A DNA stretch of 64,000 nt. Origin: Emiliania huxleyi CCMP1516. Lineage: Eukaryota. Shown here one piece after another: positions 1 through 11,024 of this stretch. The stretch spans positions 1,023,081-1,087,080 of the forward strand of contig NW_005201287.1 in NCBI RefSeq assembly GCF_000372725.1, in the 5' to 3' direction. A program made the translations under genes and the position numbers. Below the pieces are notes generated by a model, which was not told the origin of the DNA, searched no databases, and saw only the letters and a program-made list of their open reading frames with translations. Within the stretch, counting starts at the first letter, position 1; every line of letters starts with the position of its first letter.

Positions 1-617
1 GTGGTGGCGTCGCGCTGGAGCCGCACGCACAGCATCGCGTGCGCCAGATCGCCGGCGGCGGAATCGTCGCCGCCCATCTGCGAGGAGGCGTCCGTGCCGA
101 CCGTCGCAGCCACGGACGTCTCGTCCTCCTCGCCCCCCTCCTCGTCGTCGGAGCACGCCGATCCGGCGCTCAGCCGCTGCGCGCGGTCGTCGGGCGAGCT
201 CAGCTTTGCGATGGGCACGAAGGCAGCGACGTACACCTCCTTGCGCGGGATGGTGGCGCTGACGTCCTGGTACGACGCGCGCGCGCTCCGGGCGGTCAGT
301 TCGCCGCCTCCGCGCGCCGCGCGCCCGCAGGGGGGGGAGGGGGGTCGCGCGCGCACCGCAAATCGCTGGCAGCGGTCGCCGCGCAGCTGCGCGGAGGCCT
401 CGGTTTTTTCACCGAGGATGCGACAGATCTCTGGCTCCGAGACGTCATGGTTGTCATCCGTCGGATCGTACAGCTGCCGCGAGAAGACCTGCCAGCTGCT
501 CGTGCTGTGCGTAAACGCGAGCGCGGCGCTGCTGCCCGTGGGGTCGACCTCGGTCGAGCCGGCCGCTGCAGGGTCCACCCCTGCAGCAGCCGCCTCCGCC
601 CCGGCCGGGCCGGTCAT
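1..617 (-). CDS. Hypothetical protein, 5' part (runs off the left edge); probable intron 267-356
   Basis: My own translation of the minus strand from ATG at 617: MTGPAGAEAAAAG...WQVFSRQLYDPTDDNHDVSEPEICRILGEK...DVSATIPRKEVYVAAFVPIAK. A 90-nt low-complexity GT..AG segment is in frame. Confidence 0.5.
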   Translation of the reverse strand, partial: MTGPAGAEAAAAGVDPAAAGSTEVDPTGSSAALAFTHSTSSWQVFSRQLYDPTDDNHDVSEPEICRILGEKTEASAQLRGDRCQRFAVRARPPSPPCGRAARGGGELTARSARASYQDVSATIPRKEVYVAAFVPIAKLSSPDDRAQRLSAGSACSDDEEGGEEDETSVAATVGTDASSQMGGDDSAAGDLAHAMLCVRLQRDAT

Positions 618-1492
618 CCGCCCACAAGGGGAGGGGCCTCGCCAGCGCTGGAAATTTCGAGAGCTCTAGGCGCTGGCTTGACCGGGCTGGAAACGAACGA
701 CCTGTGAATAGTGCGATTTCGAGCCCGAAAGGGCGGCCCGCCCTCGACCTTGCTCTACATGGTAACGGATAAGAAGAGAAACTCTATGCACCGGGACACG
801 CTGTGGTTCAGACGTCCCCCCCCTCGACGCAGTCGAGTGACTCACATGAATAGGGAGGAGAAAGTGTCCCCCACATATCACCACAGACGCAGCACAGGCA
901 GGGGCTCCAATCCTGTCCCAGCCTGGGGGCCTCGGCTAGATCTCCAGTGGGGAGTGCGAGGGCTGGATCGACTGCAGCGAGAGTGTGGGTTGTGGACCGT
1001 CCCAGGGATAGCGTGTGGCATAGATGTTCCCCTGGAAGCAACCCCTGCCTAGACGAGTACAGCTAAAGAGTACCCGGGGCTCCCCACACGGAGGGCCCTT
1101 GCGGAAATCCCCGCAAAGCACCGGCATTCCTTGCCCAGCTCAAACTCGGCGCAGTCTCGGCCGGCGCGCGCTCCTGCGCGGCCACCTAAATTCCCGAGTC
1201 GCTGCACCCCGCCAGAGCACCCACCCACCTTGCCGCCACAAGCAGGAGCGGCGGTAGAAGTCGAAACGTGCGCCGCACGGCCGCCTCGCTTGAACGGCCG
1301 CTTCCGCAGAGTCGACCGATAGCCGCCGCGCTGCACACCCGGCCACAGCCTGACCACCCCGCGCGGACACAGGGCGCACTGTAGCCCTGCTGGACTGCCC
1401 GGCCGCTCACACACCGCCTCGGCCGCCCACACCAACGCACAGACCCGCCTGCGCCCGGCGGTGACTCGTGCGACCGCTGCCCCTGCAGGACC

Positions 1493-2482
1493 ATGGACGC
1501 CGGCGCGGACGCTGACGTGGAGATGGAGACGGACGAAGAGAGCGCGGACGAGGGCCGCAGCGGCGAGGAGAGCGAGCACGAGGGTTCTCGTCGTGAGAAC
1601 TTCGACCCTGTCGTGGATCGGCAGAATCTCGCCCGGTCGGACCCGCATGGACCCTTCGAGGTCACCGCGCTCTGGGAGCTGCTGAGGTCGCCACGCTACG
1701 AGGTGACCGTTCCTCTCAAGGGCGGTGGCAGGCGTGCGCACGCGCCCGCACCGCCGCGGGCGTTGGGGGAGGGTGGGATCTCACACTTCCGCTCTCTCCG
1801 CTGCCTGCGCAGTTGCCGAGTCAAGCTGCGCCTCGGCTGGCGCTGGGCCGAGCTGCTCGGTCTTCTCGCCGCGGCCCTGGACAAGTCTATGGCTGCACTC
1901 GCCGGCGGCAGCGGCCCTATCGACCTCGGCGATGCGCCGTGCTCGCGGTCGCAGCACGCCAACGCCATCCTCTCCCACGCCACCTACCTCCTCGGCGTGG
2001 TCCACATGCAGAGCCGAGGCGGGCGCCCGCCGCCACCTCGATGCACTGTCCTCCCGGCCAAGTGCACCATAAAGGAGAACTCGACCGGCGTGCCCGCCGA
2101 GCAGCTGCTCTTTGCATGCTTCCACAGCGATGCGTCGGCGGTGCTGCGACTCCTCCTCGCGCGCTGGGCCGACGGCTCGCCGGATGAGGCCACCCTGGCT
2201 CAGAACAAAGGGCTCATAGACGAGCTGCGCGAGGCCGGGACGCGCATCGGAAGGTCCCTTCCGCATGAGCGGAGCTCACTGACCAAGGCGCAGTGGCGGA
2301 AGCAGGCGTTGCTGCTCCTCAAGGGCTCGGGCGGCGCCTTCCTGCAGGAGGAGGCGAGCGGCGCCGTCGATGTGCTCGAGAACCTGTGCGACTACCTGCT
2401 CCATGTGTGGAGCTGCCACAAACTCGCCGCCGAGCGTGCCACCGAAGGCGTCCCGTCGGAGGTGATGGAGTATGAGACCTGA
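1493..2482 (+). CDS. Hypothetical protein; probable in-frame intron 1732-1812
   Basis: 329-aa ORF with protein-like composition and an acidic N-terminus; GC..CAG segment with a pyrimidine tract. No family recognised. Confidence 0.55.
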   Translation: MDAGADADVEMETDEESADEGRSGEESEHEGSRRENFDPVVDRQNLARSDPHGPFEVTALWELLRSPRYEVTVPLKGGGRRAHAPAPPRALGEGGISHFRSLRCLRSCRVKLRLGWRWAELLGLLAAALDKSMAALAGGSGPIDLGDAPCSRSQHANAILSHATYLLGVVHMQSRGGRPPPPRCTVLPAKCTIKENSTGVPAEQLLFACFHSDASAVLRLLLARWADGSPDEATLAQNKGLIDELREAGTRIGRSLPHERSSLTKAQWRKQALLLLKGSGGAFLQEEASGAVDVLENLCDYLLHVWSCHKLAAERATEGVPSEVMEYET

Positions 2483-3249
2483 GGCTGCGGAGGTGACGCC
2501 TGAGGTACCGGCCCGTGCACAGCGACTCAGCCGGCGACCGCCACGGGCTCAGACGAGACCTGTCGACGCGTTCCGGCTCACCGCAGCTTCACCGTGGTCA
2601 TCGGGCGTCTGTCGACGTCAGGACCACCCATACAGCTCGCGGGTTTGAGGTCGCAAGAGCCAAGATGGTGGCGTTTGGACATCCCAACCATCACACACGA
2701 CAGCCTGTAGGTGGTGGCGGGACGGCGCAGTGTTTGTGGCACTCGGCAGTAGGCACCCGCGGCACGGCCCCGCTGTCGGCTCGCTCGCGGGCTGCGGAAC
2801 CGGCCCCAGAAGGGGACGGTCCGGGCAAGTGTGGCAGCTCCTGCGCTAGTATGGGCACCCTCTATCATAGCACTACTGATCCTGGTCATTAGAGCTGCCA
2901 GGGATAGCGTCAGGACAGGCCGGTAGGAGTCAAAACCTTTCATATTATTTGAGACATCACGTGGGGCCCATACTCGCTCGCACAACGAGCCAGGCCGCCT
3001 GCGCCTCTCGTGCCTGCGGGATTTCGTCTTTTAAGCCTTGCATTCGCTAAGGATGGTTTAATAGATCCCAAAACGTCCTTCCTCCACGCTGGCGGTCTCA
3101 GAGCCAGCGCGGCCGCGAGCCCCGCGCCGAGCGACAGCCGACTCGTGGCGAGAGCAGAACTGGGCGCAAATACGTTGCCGTGGCAGCCCGACTGGGAGCG
3201 GCGGCACAGTAGCGAGGGCGACGGGTGGCAGAATGGCCTCGGCGCACGG

Positions 3250-4344
3250 TCATTCGGCGCGCCGCTTCGGCATCGGCGTCGGCATGGTCGCCTTGCGCGT
3301 GGCGTGTATCGCGACGCCGGAGACAACCGACGCGCCAGAGAGAAACATCATGCCCGAGACCGGCTTCGGAAACACGATAAAGGAGAGGCAGATCGAGACG
3401 AGCTTGCGGCTGTTCGTCGCCACGACCGCCGCCGTGCCGCCGTGGGAGCGAGTGAGGGCGAGGAAGCAGCAGACGCCGATCCACGACGAGGCGCCGTACA
3501 GGAGCAGCCGCCCCCAAGGCAGCCCGACCGGCACCGCGTCGACCTCGCCGGTGAAGGCGATGGCTGCGACGACTGCGGCGAAGGCGATGCCTGGAAGGGG
3601 CGAGGGGAGGGTGAGGAGAGCGAGCCGCGGTGCGCCGCTCTGCCCGCGGGGCGGGGCGGCGGCGCCGTTTGTGAAGAGCATCACATGCATCGGCGTGAGC
3701 AGCGGGTGGGAGCGCATCATCCGCTCCTGCAGCAGCACCTGCACCGCATCGCAGCAGACCGCGAGCATCAGCAGCGCGAGGCCCACCCAAGAAGTCTGCT
3801 GCTCCTCCTCCCCGCCCGACGGCTCTCTCGCCGCAGATCCGTGCGACGCGAGCGTGAAGCCGACGAGGCCGCAGCAGAGCAGCAGCGCGGCGGCGTGGTC
3901 CCACACAGTGTACGACTTGTGCAGCAGCAGCGAGCCCAGCGCCATCGTGGGGAGGAGCTTGCACGACTTGACGATCACCTTCACCGGGAAGGAGACCCAG
4001 CGGAGCGCGACGTTGCCAGAGACGAGCGAGGCAAAGACGAGGGCGGAGATGCGAGCGAGCGGCCAGAGCGGCGCGCGCGCGCCGCCGCCGCCGGCCAGCA
4101 GGAGGTAGGCGCCGGAAAGACTGGAGCAGACGCCAAACTCGTACGCAGTCACAACGAGCGGCATTTTCGCGGGCATCGCGTAGAGCATCTGCTCCTGCAG
4201 GAGCGCGTGCGCGACGCCGGCGGCGACGACCCCGCCGCACAGCATCGCGAGCCGCGCGCCGCCGGACGAAGCGGCCGGCTTCGACAGCATCGCGGCCTGG
4301 CACATGCAGAGGTGCCGCTGGCGATAGCTGGACAGAGAGACCAC
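3250..4344 (-). CDS. UAA-family nucleotide-sugar/PAPS transporter (SLC35B-like); GC-AG intron 3591-3665
   Basis: Motifs SGNVALRWVSFPVKVIVKSCKLLPTM, DAVQVLLQE and ATNSRKLVSICLSFIVFPKP are typical of SLC35B2/B3; multiple hydrophobic segments. Start may be a downstream Met. Confidence 0.85.
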   Translation of the reverse strand: MVSLSSYRQRHLCMCQAAMLSKPAASSGGARLAMLCGGVVAAGVAHALLQEQMLYAMPAKMPLVVTAYEFGVCSSLSGAYLLLAGGGGARAPLWPLARISALVFASLVSGNVALRWVSFPVKVIVKSCKLLPTMALGSLLLHKSYTVWDHAAALLLCCGLVGFTLASHGSAAREPSGGEEEQQTSWVGLALLMLAVCCDAVQVLLQERMMRSHPLLTPMHVMLFTNGAAAPPRGQSGAPRLALLTLPSPLPGIAFAAVVAAIAFTGEVDAVPVGLPWGRLLLYGASSWIGVCCFLALTRSHGGTAAVVATNSRKLVSICLSFIVFPKPVSGMMFLSGASVVSGVAIHATRKATMPTPMPKRRAE

Positions 4345-4497
4345 TTCTTCTTCAGGTCAGTAGGCAAAGCGTCGGCCACGAGGGTGAGATCTCAGCAGCA
4401 GCCGGCTCGCAAGAATTTTAGAAGAGCGCGCACAACACTGGGCACGGCACTGGCGCGCAACAAGAAATCGTGGCCCCTGGCATTCTGGATTTAGCCC

Positions 4498-4560
4498 TTT
4501 GTGGTGGCGGCGCGCCGTACTCCCATCCCTCCCTTGGGCTGCCTGGTTTCTTTCTTTGTT
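4498..4560. repeat. Dispersed repeat; inverted copy at ~38445-38501
   Basis: gtggtggcggcgcgccgtactcccatccctcccttgg matches the reverse complement of ccaagggagggatgggaggacggcacgccgccaccac. Confidence 0.75.
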
Positions 4561-4942
4561 TCTTGATTTAGGTTGCATGCTTGCAGCCGCCGTGTGGTGG
4601 GGAAAGAAACCTGGGGAGCGGCGCTGCCTGCCCCGCCCGCTGCCCCGCTGCCACCGCCACAACCTCCTCATCAAAACGGAGCAAAGGCAGAAAAAACTCA
4701 ATCGCCCGCCCAGCACGCAGCAGCCATAGAGCCATTCGCAGCATGCACTAAAGCCCTACCTTTCCATTGTGCCGAATCCTGAGGGAAAAGGTCTCTCTTG
4801 ACATTGATTGACCGACCGGACGCTGGAAGAGCCTCTCTCCCGCGCTGGCGAGGCCTCTGCTCCCCTGGGCGATGACCGGCCCGGCTGCCGGGGGCGGCGG
4901 AGGAAGTGAGCAAGGAAAAACACCTGGGCGAAGTTAGATCTA

Positions 4943-5207
4943 AAAGAAAGAAAGAAGACAGACAAACCCAAACGAGGGATGGGGGAGGAGGACAGGGTCC
5001 ACACCTGCACGAGCAGGATTTTGGAAGGACGATCCGGGGCACAGGTGGGGCTCCGCTGCTCCTGACAAGGGACACAACAGGCTCGCAGCGCGGTGCACGG
5101 TGGACTCCCAACTCCACTGGCGGTCTCATCTCAGTCTAGCGACCTGCCTCCAGCTTCTCACTGGCAGTCTCGCAACCACAGGCACGCTGACACAGGGGTG
5201 GCAGGGG
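4943..5207 (+). repeat. ~260-bp dispersed repeat (copies at 38782-39044 and partial 39062-39192)
   Basis: Near-identical sequence ...ggaggacagggtcc(a/c)cacctgcacgagcaggattttggaaggacgatc...ctgacacaggggtggcag at these loci. Confidence 0.9.
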
Positions 5208-5325
5208 CGGCGGCAGGAGTCTCCCACACTATGCGCGCTGCAATGGCAGTGCGGGCTGTGCAGGGGGCCCAGCCCTCAACGTGTGCCAGTGATGGCCCTA
5301 GGGAGGAGGAGTGTGCTGAGGGCTC

Positions 5326-5530
5326 TAACCCAAACCTAACCCGAGACTAACCCGGCACTAACCCGGCGCTAACTAACCCGAGCTGCTCGGGGGCATACAT
5401 TAGGACGGGTTAGTGCCGGGTTAGTGCCGGGTTAGCGCCGGGTTAGCCTCGGGTTATGGTAACCCGTTCTGACCCGAGCTGACCCTTGCCGGGTTAGTGT
5501 GGCTTAACCCGGTGAAACCCACGCTAACCT
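5326..5530. repeat. Inverted array of 11-nt TAACCCGG(C/G)NC telomere-like units (hairpin)
   Basis: Left arm 5337-5380 (taacccgagac taacccggcac taacccggcgc) and right arm 5406-5456 (cgggttagtgc x2, cgggttagcgc, cgggttagcct, cgggtta) are reverse complementary. Confidence 0.8.
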
Positions 5531-5592
5531 GCGCTTACCGACAGAACGAACAAACTCTCTCGCGGACGAGTCTTGCCACGACTGCGTCCGTC

Positions 5593-7184
5593 ATGTGGGC
5601 CTCATTCCTCTCTCGTTGGGGCCTGCAACCGCCAGCCCTCTCGGCGCTCATCGCTTCCGCGTCGGGATCGCTCGTCGCTTCCGCGTCAACATCCTCTTAC
5701 CTGCGCCCATTTCTAGCTGCATCGCTCCTGTACCACGGCTTCGAGCAGTACATTCGCTGGCGCCGCCGTGCGCGCCTCGCCGTGAAGGGCGTGCCCGAGG
5801 CCGTGGCTGCTGCAATGCCCGAGGTGGATCCTGCGGTGAGCCGCCTCCAAAACTTAGTGCACTCCATCAGGCACGCGATGATCGCTCCGCTGCATCTGCC
5901 ACTAGGAGTACGCCCGAGCCCAGGAGTACTCGGCCGCAAAGAACAACTTTGGCTTCGTCGCAGACTTGTACGGGCTCGCCACCGGCCTCGTGCACCTCTG
6001 GCTGCAGGCGGCCGTGTGGAACGGCCCGGCCCTCTCGCTCGTGCTTCGTTGCGGCGGGACGGCGTCACACGAGCTTGCGCGCGCGGGCGCGAGCATGCTG
6101 CTCTGTGCGCCGTGGGACCTCCTCTCTGGCGTGCCAGTCGACCTGTACCGCACCTTCGTGCTCGAGGAGCGGTTCGGGTTCAACAAGCACACGTGGCTCA
6201 GCTGGCTGGGCGACTCGCTCAAGCACTTCGTCGTCGAGGAGCTGCTGATGGGCTCGCTGATGATGGCGCCTCTCGTGCTGCTCGTCCGCTCGCTCGGCGC
6301 CGCCCCTCCTCTCGCCGCGCGCGCCTGCCCGCGTCCGGTGACCGCCCTCCCGTCGCCGCCCGCAGGCCCCTCCTCGTGGCTGTACGGCTTCGGCTTCACG
6401 TCCCTCTTTGTGCTGCTCTTGAACGTCGTCTACCCTGTCTGGATCGCGCCGCTCTTCAACACATTCGCACCGCTGCCCGAGGGCGATGTGCGCGACGGCG
6501 TCGAGGCGCTGGTCAAGTCGAGCGGCATCAACTGCAGCCGCATCTTCCAGGTCGACGGCTCGCCCACTAGTGGTGCGCATTAGCACTCACTTCGTGATCA
6601 ACCGCAGCCGCGTCCTACAGGTCGACGGCTCGCGCCAGTCCGCCCACTCCAATGCCTACGTGGCTGGCTTCTTCGGCTCCAAGCGCATCGTCATCTACGA
6701 CACCCTCATCACGCACCTCGACGGCGACGTGGAGGACATCTGCGCCGTCGTCGCGCACGAGATTGGGCACGCGCAGCTGCACCATAACTACGCGCTGCTC
6801 GGCGTGTCAACGGCGCAGCTTTTCGTCATGTTTCGGCTCTTTGGGGTCTGCACCGACCCGCGCCTCGTCACGGACTTTGGCTTCGACGCCCCCTGCGCCT
6901 ACTTGTCGCTGCTCACCTTCTTCACCCTCTGGTCGGTCGCAATGCCTCTGGTGTCGTTCGGCCTCAACGCATTCACGCGGCAGCTCGAGTACCAGGCGGA
7001 CGCTTACTCGGTGCGTCTCGGCTTTGACATACGAAAGGCGCTCGCGAAGATCTCAAAGACGAACCTGAGCGATCTCAATCCGGACCCCCTCGACTCCCTC
7101 TTCCACCACTCCCATCCGACCACCGTGCAGCGGGTGCTCGCAGTCAAGCAGCTGCTGGACACGTGCGAGCGCAAGGCCCTTTGA
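5593..7184 (+). CDS. STE24: CAAX prenyl protease 1 (peptidase M48, STE24/ZMPSTE24 family); introns 5836-5905, 6297-6365, 6551-6620
   Basis: Motifs LYRTFVLEERFGFNK, IAPLFNTFAPLPEG, VDGSRQSAHSNAY, IVIYDTL, zinc motif AHEIGH, EYQAD and HSHP. Splicing the three introns joins the frames. Confidence 0.92.
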
Positions 7185-7361
7185 AAGGGCATGTCCATGT
7201 GCCGCGAGCATGTACACGTGTACTGAGTTGCCACATAACACACTGGGTGTGGCGTATTTTGTATCGCGGCGGTGGGGCGTGTCGCTGTCCTCGCGATCGC
7301 GTTTTGTTTTTATGTTTATATTACATGTCAGCACGGCCGAGCTCGGAGCTGCGGTTTTTGA

Positions 7362-8119
7362 TATCTCTCGGTGAGTGGGGGGCCGAGCCGCCTCGGGGTG
7401 GCGGGCGGGCGGGCGTTTTGAAAAACAGAAAACAGAAAACAGAGGGGGGCCAGGGCCCCCACTACGATTAGACATACGCACCTGGCTCCTGGGACAAGGC
7501 GAGAATCGCAGCGCATGCAGTTCAGCGGAGTCCCAGTGCCGGGGGGAGAAGGGGGGGGGGGGGGGGGAGCCGAGGGGGCGACGTCCCGACACGGCAGGTT
7601 GGAGCTGACCCCGGGAGAGAAAGAGAACAGCGATGGCAGCCCCCAATGACCGTAGATAGACATGACGAGCCGACAGCGATGCAGCGGCAGCGAAGGCGGC
7701 GAGGAGGGCCCGCGCTGCCTAGAGCTCCGCCGGGCGGCAGCAGAGACATCGGCGGACGGGGGAGCACGCGGGACACGTCGGCATCGAACGTGTCGGCATA
7801 GGAGCCAGGGGGGTGGGCTGGGAGAGTTGAGTCAGATGCAACAGCACCGTCTCGGCAGCGAGGCCCATGATGGCGACGGCGGCGACGTAGGCGAGACGGC
7901 GCGGGCGAGGGTGGCGACGGTCACGATGAAGGTGGCTTGACGAAATGGATGACGCCATCGCGCAACATGACATCCTCGCTGTCGTCGTCCTCTAGGCGGC
8001 GCGCAGCGCCGCTCTCGCAGGCTGTTTTTGACTGCTTCTCGATTTTGTTTTTGTTTTCAGTCTAGGGGGCCCGACCCCCTCAGAGGGGCGGCGGGCGGGC
8101 GCCCACTCACCGAGAGATA
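7362..8119. mobile_element. Putative non-autonomous element with 18-bp inverted repeats
   Basis: tatctctcggtgagtggg (7362-7379) and cccactcaccgagagata (8102-8119) are perfect inverted repeats; A-rich/T-rich subterminal tracts are also mirrored. No clear TSD. Confidence 0.5.
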
Positions 8120-8502
8120 AAAAACGCTCGGCCCATGACGAGAGAGAGCGGGCTGTGTGGACGTGTGCCGAGACGCCGAGACACCCCCTCGCCCTCCCCC
8201 GCCTCTGCGCTCTCCCCCCGATGCATTTCACATTTCCCATCTCGATCCGGGCGCCCCCCCGCGCACACAAAAGTCACAACGACGGTCTAGAGAGAGCGAT
8301 ATACAAAAGGACAAGCCGGCTAGAGTTGCTGTGTCGCGTGGTGTGGTGCATATTGACTGGAGGACTCGTTCCGACATGCATCGAGACACTATCCTGCGAG
8401 ATGTTGTGTCTGGCGTCGCGTGTGGGCCCAAAAGAAAAGCTCCGGGCCTCCGGCGCCAATGCCCCGGCGGTTAGCCTCGCTCCCTCGGCGACCTCCACAG
8501 AC

Positions 8503-10175
8503 TTACGCCTCAGCCACGAGGCGTTGCAGTAGCTTCGCCTCCTTCGCGTTCTCTGCATTGTGTGTTGGTTTCTCCGTCTCCCCAGCCAGTGCCTTCACAT
8601 TGCCAAGCACCTTGCCGAACAGGCTGCCCCAAGGCGGGCTTTTGGGATCGGCACCGACCCGAGTGGATGCCGCGCGCTCTACGTCGTCGAAGCGCGAGGT
8701 GGCAAAGTCGGTTGCAAAGGCAAACGGGAGCTCTTGCTGTTGGAGGCCCTCCTTTGCCAGTGCGCTCTCGGCGAACCCGACCGCAAGGCCCGGACGGGCG
8801 TTGAGCGCGCCTGGCGCTGCATTCCTGGCGCTGAAGGCGATGTCAAGCTTGTGGTGCGGGCCGGAGAGGCGGTCGGAGACGTTGTCGCCCTTGACGTGGA
8901 CGACCCATTCCTTCACCTCGAAGGTGGCGCTCGCGTATTCCACCTTGATCACGGCCTCCTCGCACGACATGCTCGCTCCCAGGCCGAGGCGAAAGAAGTC
9001 GCCGTCGCAGGTGCCGTTGACCAGCTTCCAGCCTGCAGGCGGGAGGCGGCGGCTGGGAGCGGGGGGCAGTGTCTGGGGCTACGTGTCTGCGAGGGCTTGC
9101 GCGACCGGTGTTGAATTGGTTCAGCTCGTCCGCCCAGAAGGAGACGTTGAGGAGCTCTCGCTTGGCCCCTCCGACCCTCGCCACCAGGTGAGCAGAGGTG
9201 ATGGCGCCGCCTTCCGTCTTGACGTTGACTGCGAGGTTGGGGGCGGAGAAGAAGGAGAGGAAGGAGCTGCGCACGCCGTGCGAGTCGGCATCGACCAAGC
9301 CGGGCATCACCGTGCGCTCTGCATCGTCGAAGCGCGAGAAGACAAAGTCGGTCGCATAGGCAGACGGCAGTTCGTACAGCTTGAGGCCGTCCTCCACAGT
9401 CTCTGCGAACCCGACTGCAAAGTGGCCCTCCGTCGGGTAGGGGGTCAGCGTGCCGAGGCGCAAGTCTGGTGATGACAACGACTCCCCGATGATGCCGTGC
9501 GGGAGGAATCGCTCCGGCGCTACGTTCTTGGCGCTGAAGGCGATGTCAAGCTTGTGGTGCGGGCCGGAGAGGCGGTCGGAGACGTTGTCGCCCTTGACGT
9601 GGACGACCCATTCCTTCACCTCGAAGGTGGCGCTCGCGTATTCCACCTTGATCACGGCCTCCTCGCACGACATGCTCGCTCCCAGGCCGAGGCGAAAGAA
9701 GTCGCCGTCGCAGGTGCCGTTGACCAGCTTCCAGCCTGCAGGCGGGAGGCGGCGGCTGGGAGCGGGGGGCAGTGTCTGGGGCTACGTGTCTGCGAGGGCT
9801 TGCGCGACCGGTGTTGAATTGGTTCAGCTCGTCCGCCCAGAAGGAGACGTTGAGGAGCTCTCGCTTGGCCCCTCCGACCCTCGCCACCAGGTGAGCAGAG
9901 GTGATGGCGCCGCCTTCCGTCTTGACGTTGACTGCGAGGTTGGGGGCGGAGAAGAAGGAGAAGAAGGAGCCGTGTTTGCCTCGGAAGTCGGCACCTCCAT
10001 GCACGAACTTCAGGTCGGCCTGCAGGCGGCGCTTGCCAGAGGCTAGAGTTGCATCAATGTTGTTTGCCGCCTGGAGACCCCAAGATTCGGCAGGACTGAT
10101 TCCGCGGCCTGCGACGGGCAGTGCTGTCGAGCGAACGGCAGAAAGGAGAAGCAACATTGCGGCGTGCGTGCTCAT
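8503..10175 (-). CDS. Secreted hypothetical protein with an internally duplicated domain; introns 9736-9808 and 9033-9105
   Basis: Signal-like N-terminus MSTHAAMLLLLSAVRSTALP. The domain FSFFSAPNLAVNVKTE...SFWADELN..GWKLVNGTC..HHKLDIAFS occurs twice. Removing two 73-nt GT-AG introns gives one reading frame. Confidence 0.7.
8826..9960. repeat. Near-exact internal duplication (8826-9257 = 9529-9960, 703-bp offset)
   Basis: Identical nucleotide blocks, including the intron. Confidence 0.9.
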
Positions 10176-11024
10176 CGCGTTGTCGCCCATCGGAAGGTGG
10201 CCGTTTTGAGCGAGCCGGGGGCCGTCGCGGGTTCCTGGTGATTCCGGTCGTCCGTATGGCGATCGCGACGTGTGTGTTTGGCGAAACGCGGAATTTGGCG
10301 ACACTTTTGCCCAATAGATCCCAATTCCGAGACTCATCAAATGATGCATTTGGGCCGCCTCCGGAGGGAAAAGCAACGAACGATCGCGAACCTACCTGCT
10401 TGGGCGTGGCACGCACGCGGGGGGCGCCCCCCCCCCCCCCTGTCTGTCTGTGTTTGTGCGTCGTCCATCACTCTTTCTTTACTTATTTCCTTGTCCGCTC
10501 TATTTACGCACATTCGTTTAATAAACCTGCTTGCTCTGGGGGCGCACGCTACGTGTGAAGGGTCGCACGCAGGTTGTAGAATATATTCGTCGCAGGTGGC
10601 TCTGGAGGCTGCGCTCTGCAGGCTGCGCTAGGCCGAGCGCCGACCCTTCCAGCTCATCACAGCTCGGTCACAAAACAACAGGTGGGTGGATGCTCACAAG
10701 CAAGCGGTTGGTTGGTGATTCGATCACCCGAAATGCCACGCACGTCGGAGTCGCTCCTCATTCATCGCAAAACCTGTGAGTCAGCAGTCTTCCACCCTCG
10801 GGTGTGTTCGTATAGAGCCACATAGCCTAGGATACGCCCATCACTGAGCCGACGATGCTACGGGTAGCCCCAGGGTGGCGCGCCCACCCCCTTCCCCTCA
10901 GGCACTTGCTTGTGCCCTGGCCGCGCATGCCGCGCACGCCGCCCGCGCACACGCCAATTTCATTGTACCCGGTGCCACTGCCACCCGGTCCAAGTACGCC
11001 AATTTCAAGTACGGGATCCCAAAA

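Noticed and set aside
700..1070. Possible repeat or ncRNA in a lower-GC intergenic stretch
   Set aside because: No second copy, termini or recognisable RNA structure within the window.
3010..4494. Long antisense/alternative-frame ORFs (e.g. 3010-4494, 29026-30477, 52306-54210, 57599-59290)
   Set aside because: These are shadow ORFs caused by high GC and codon bias opposite real genes; they are Arg/Pro-rich with no motifs.
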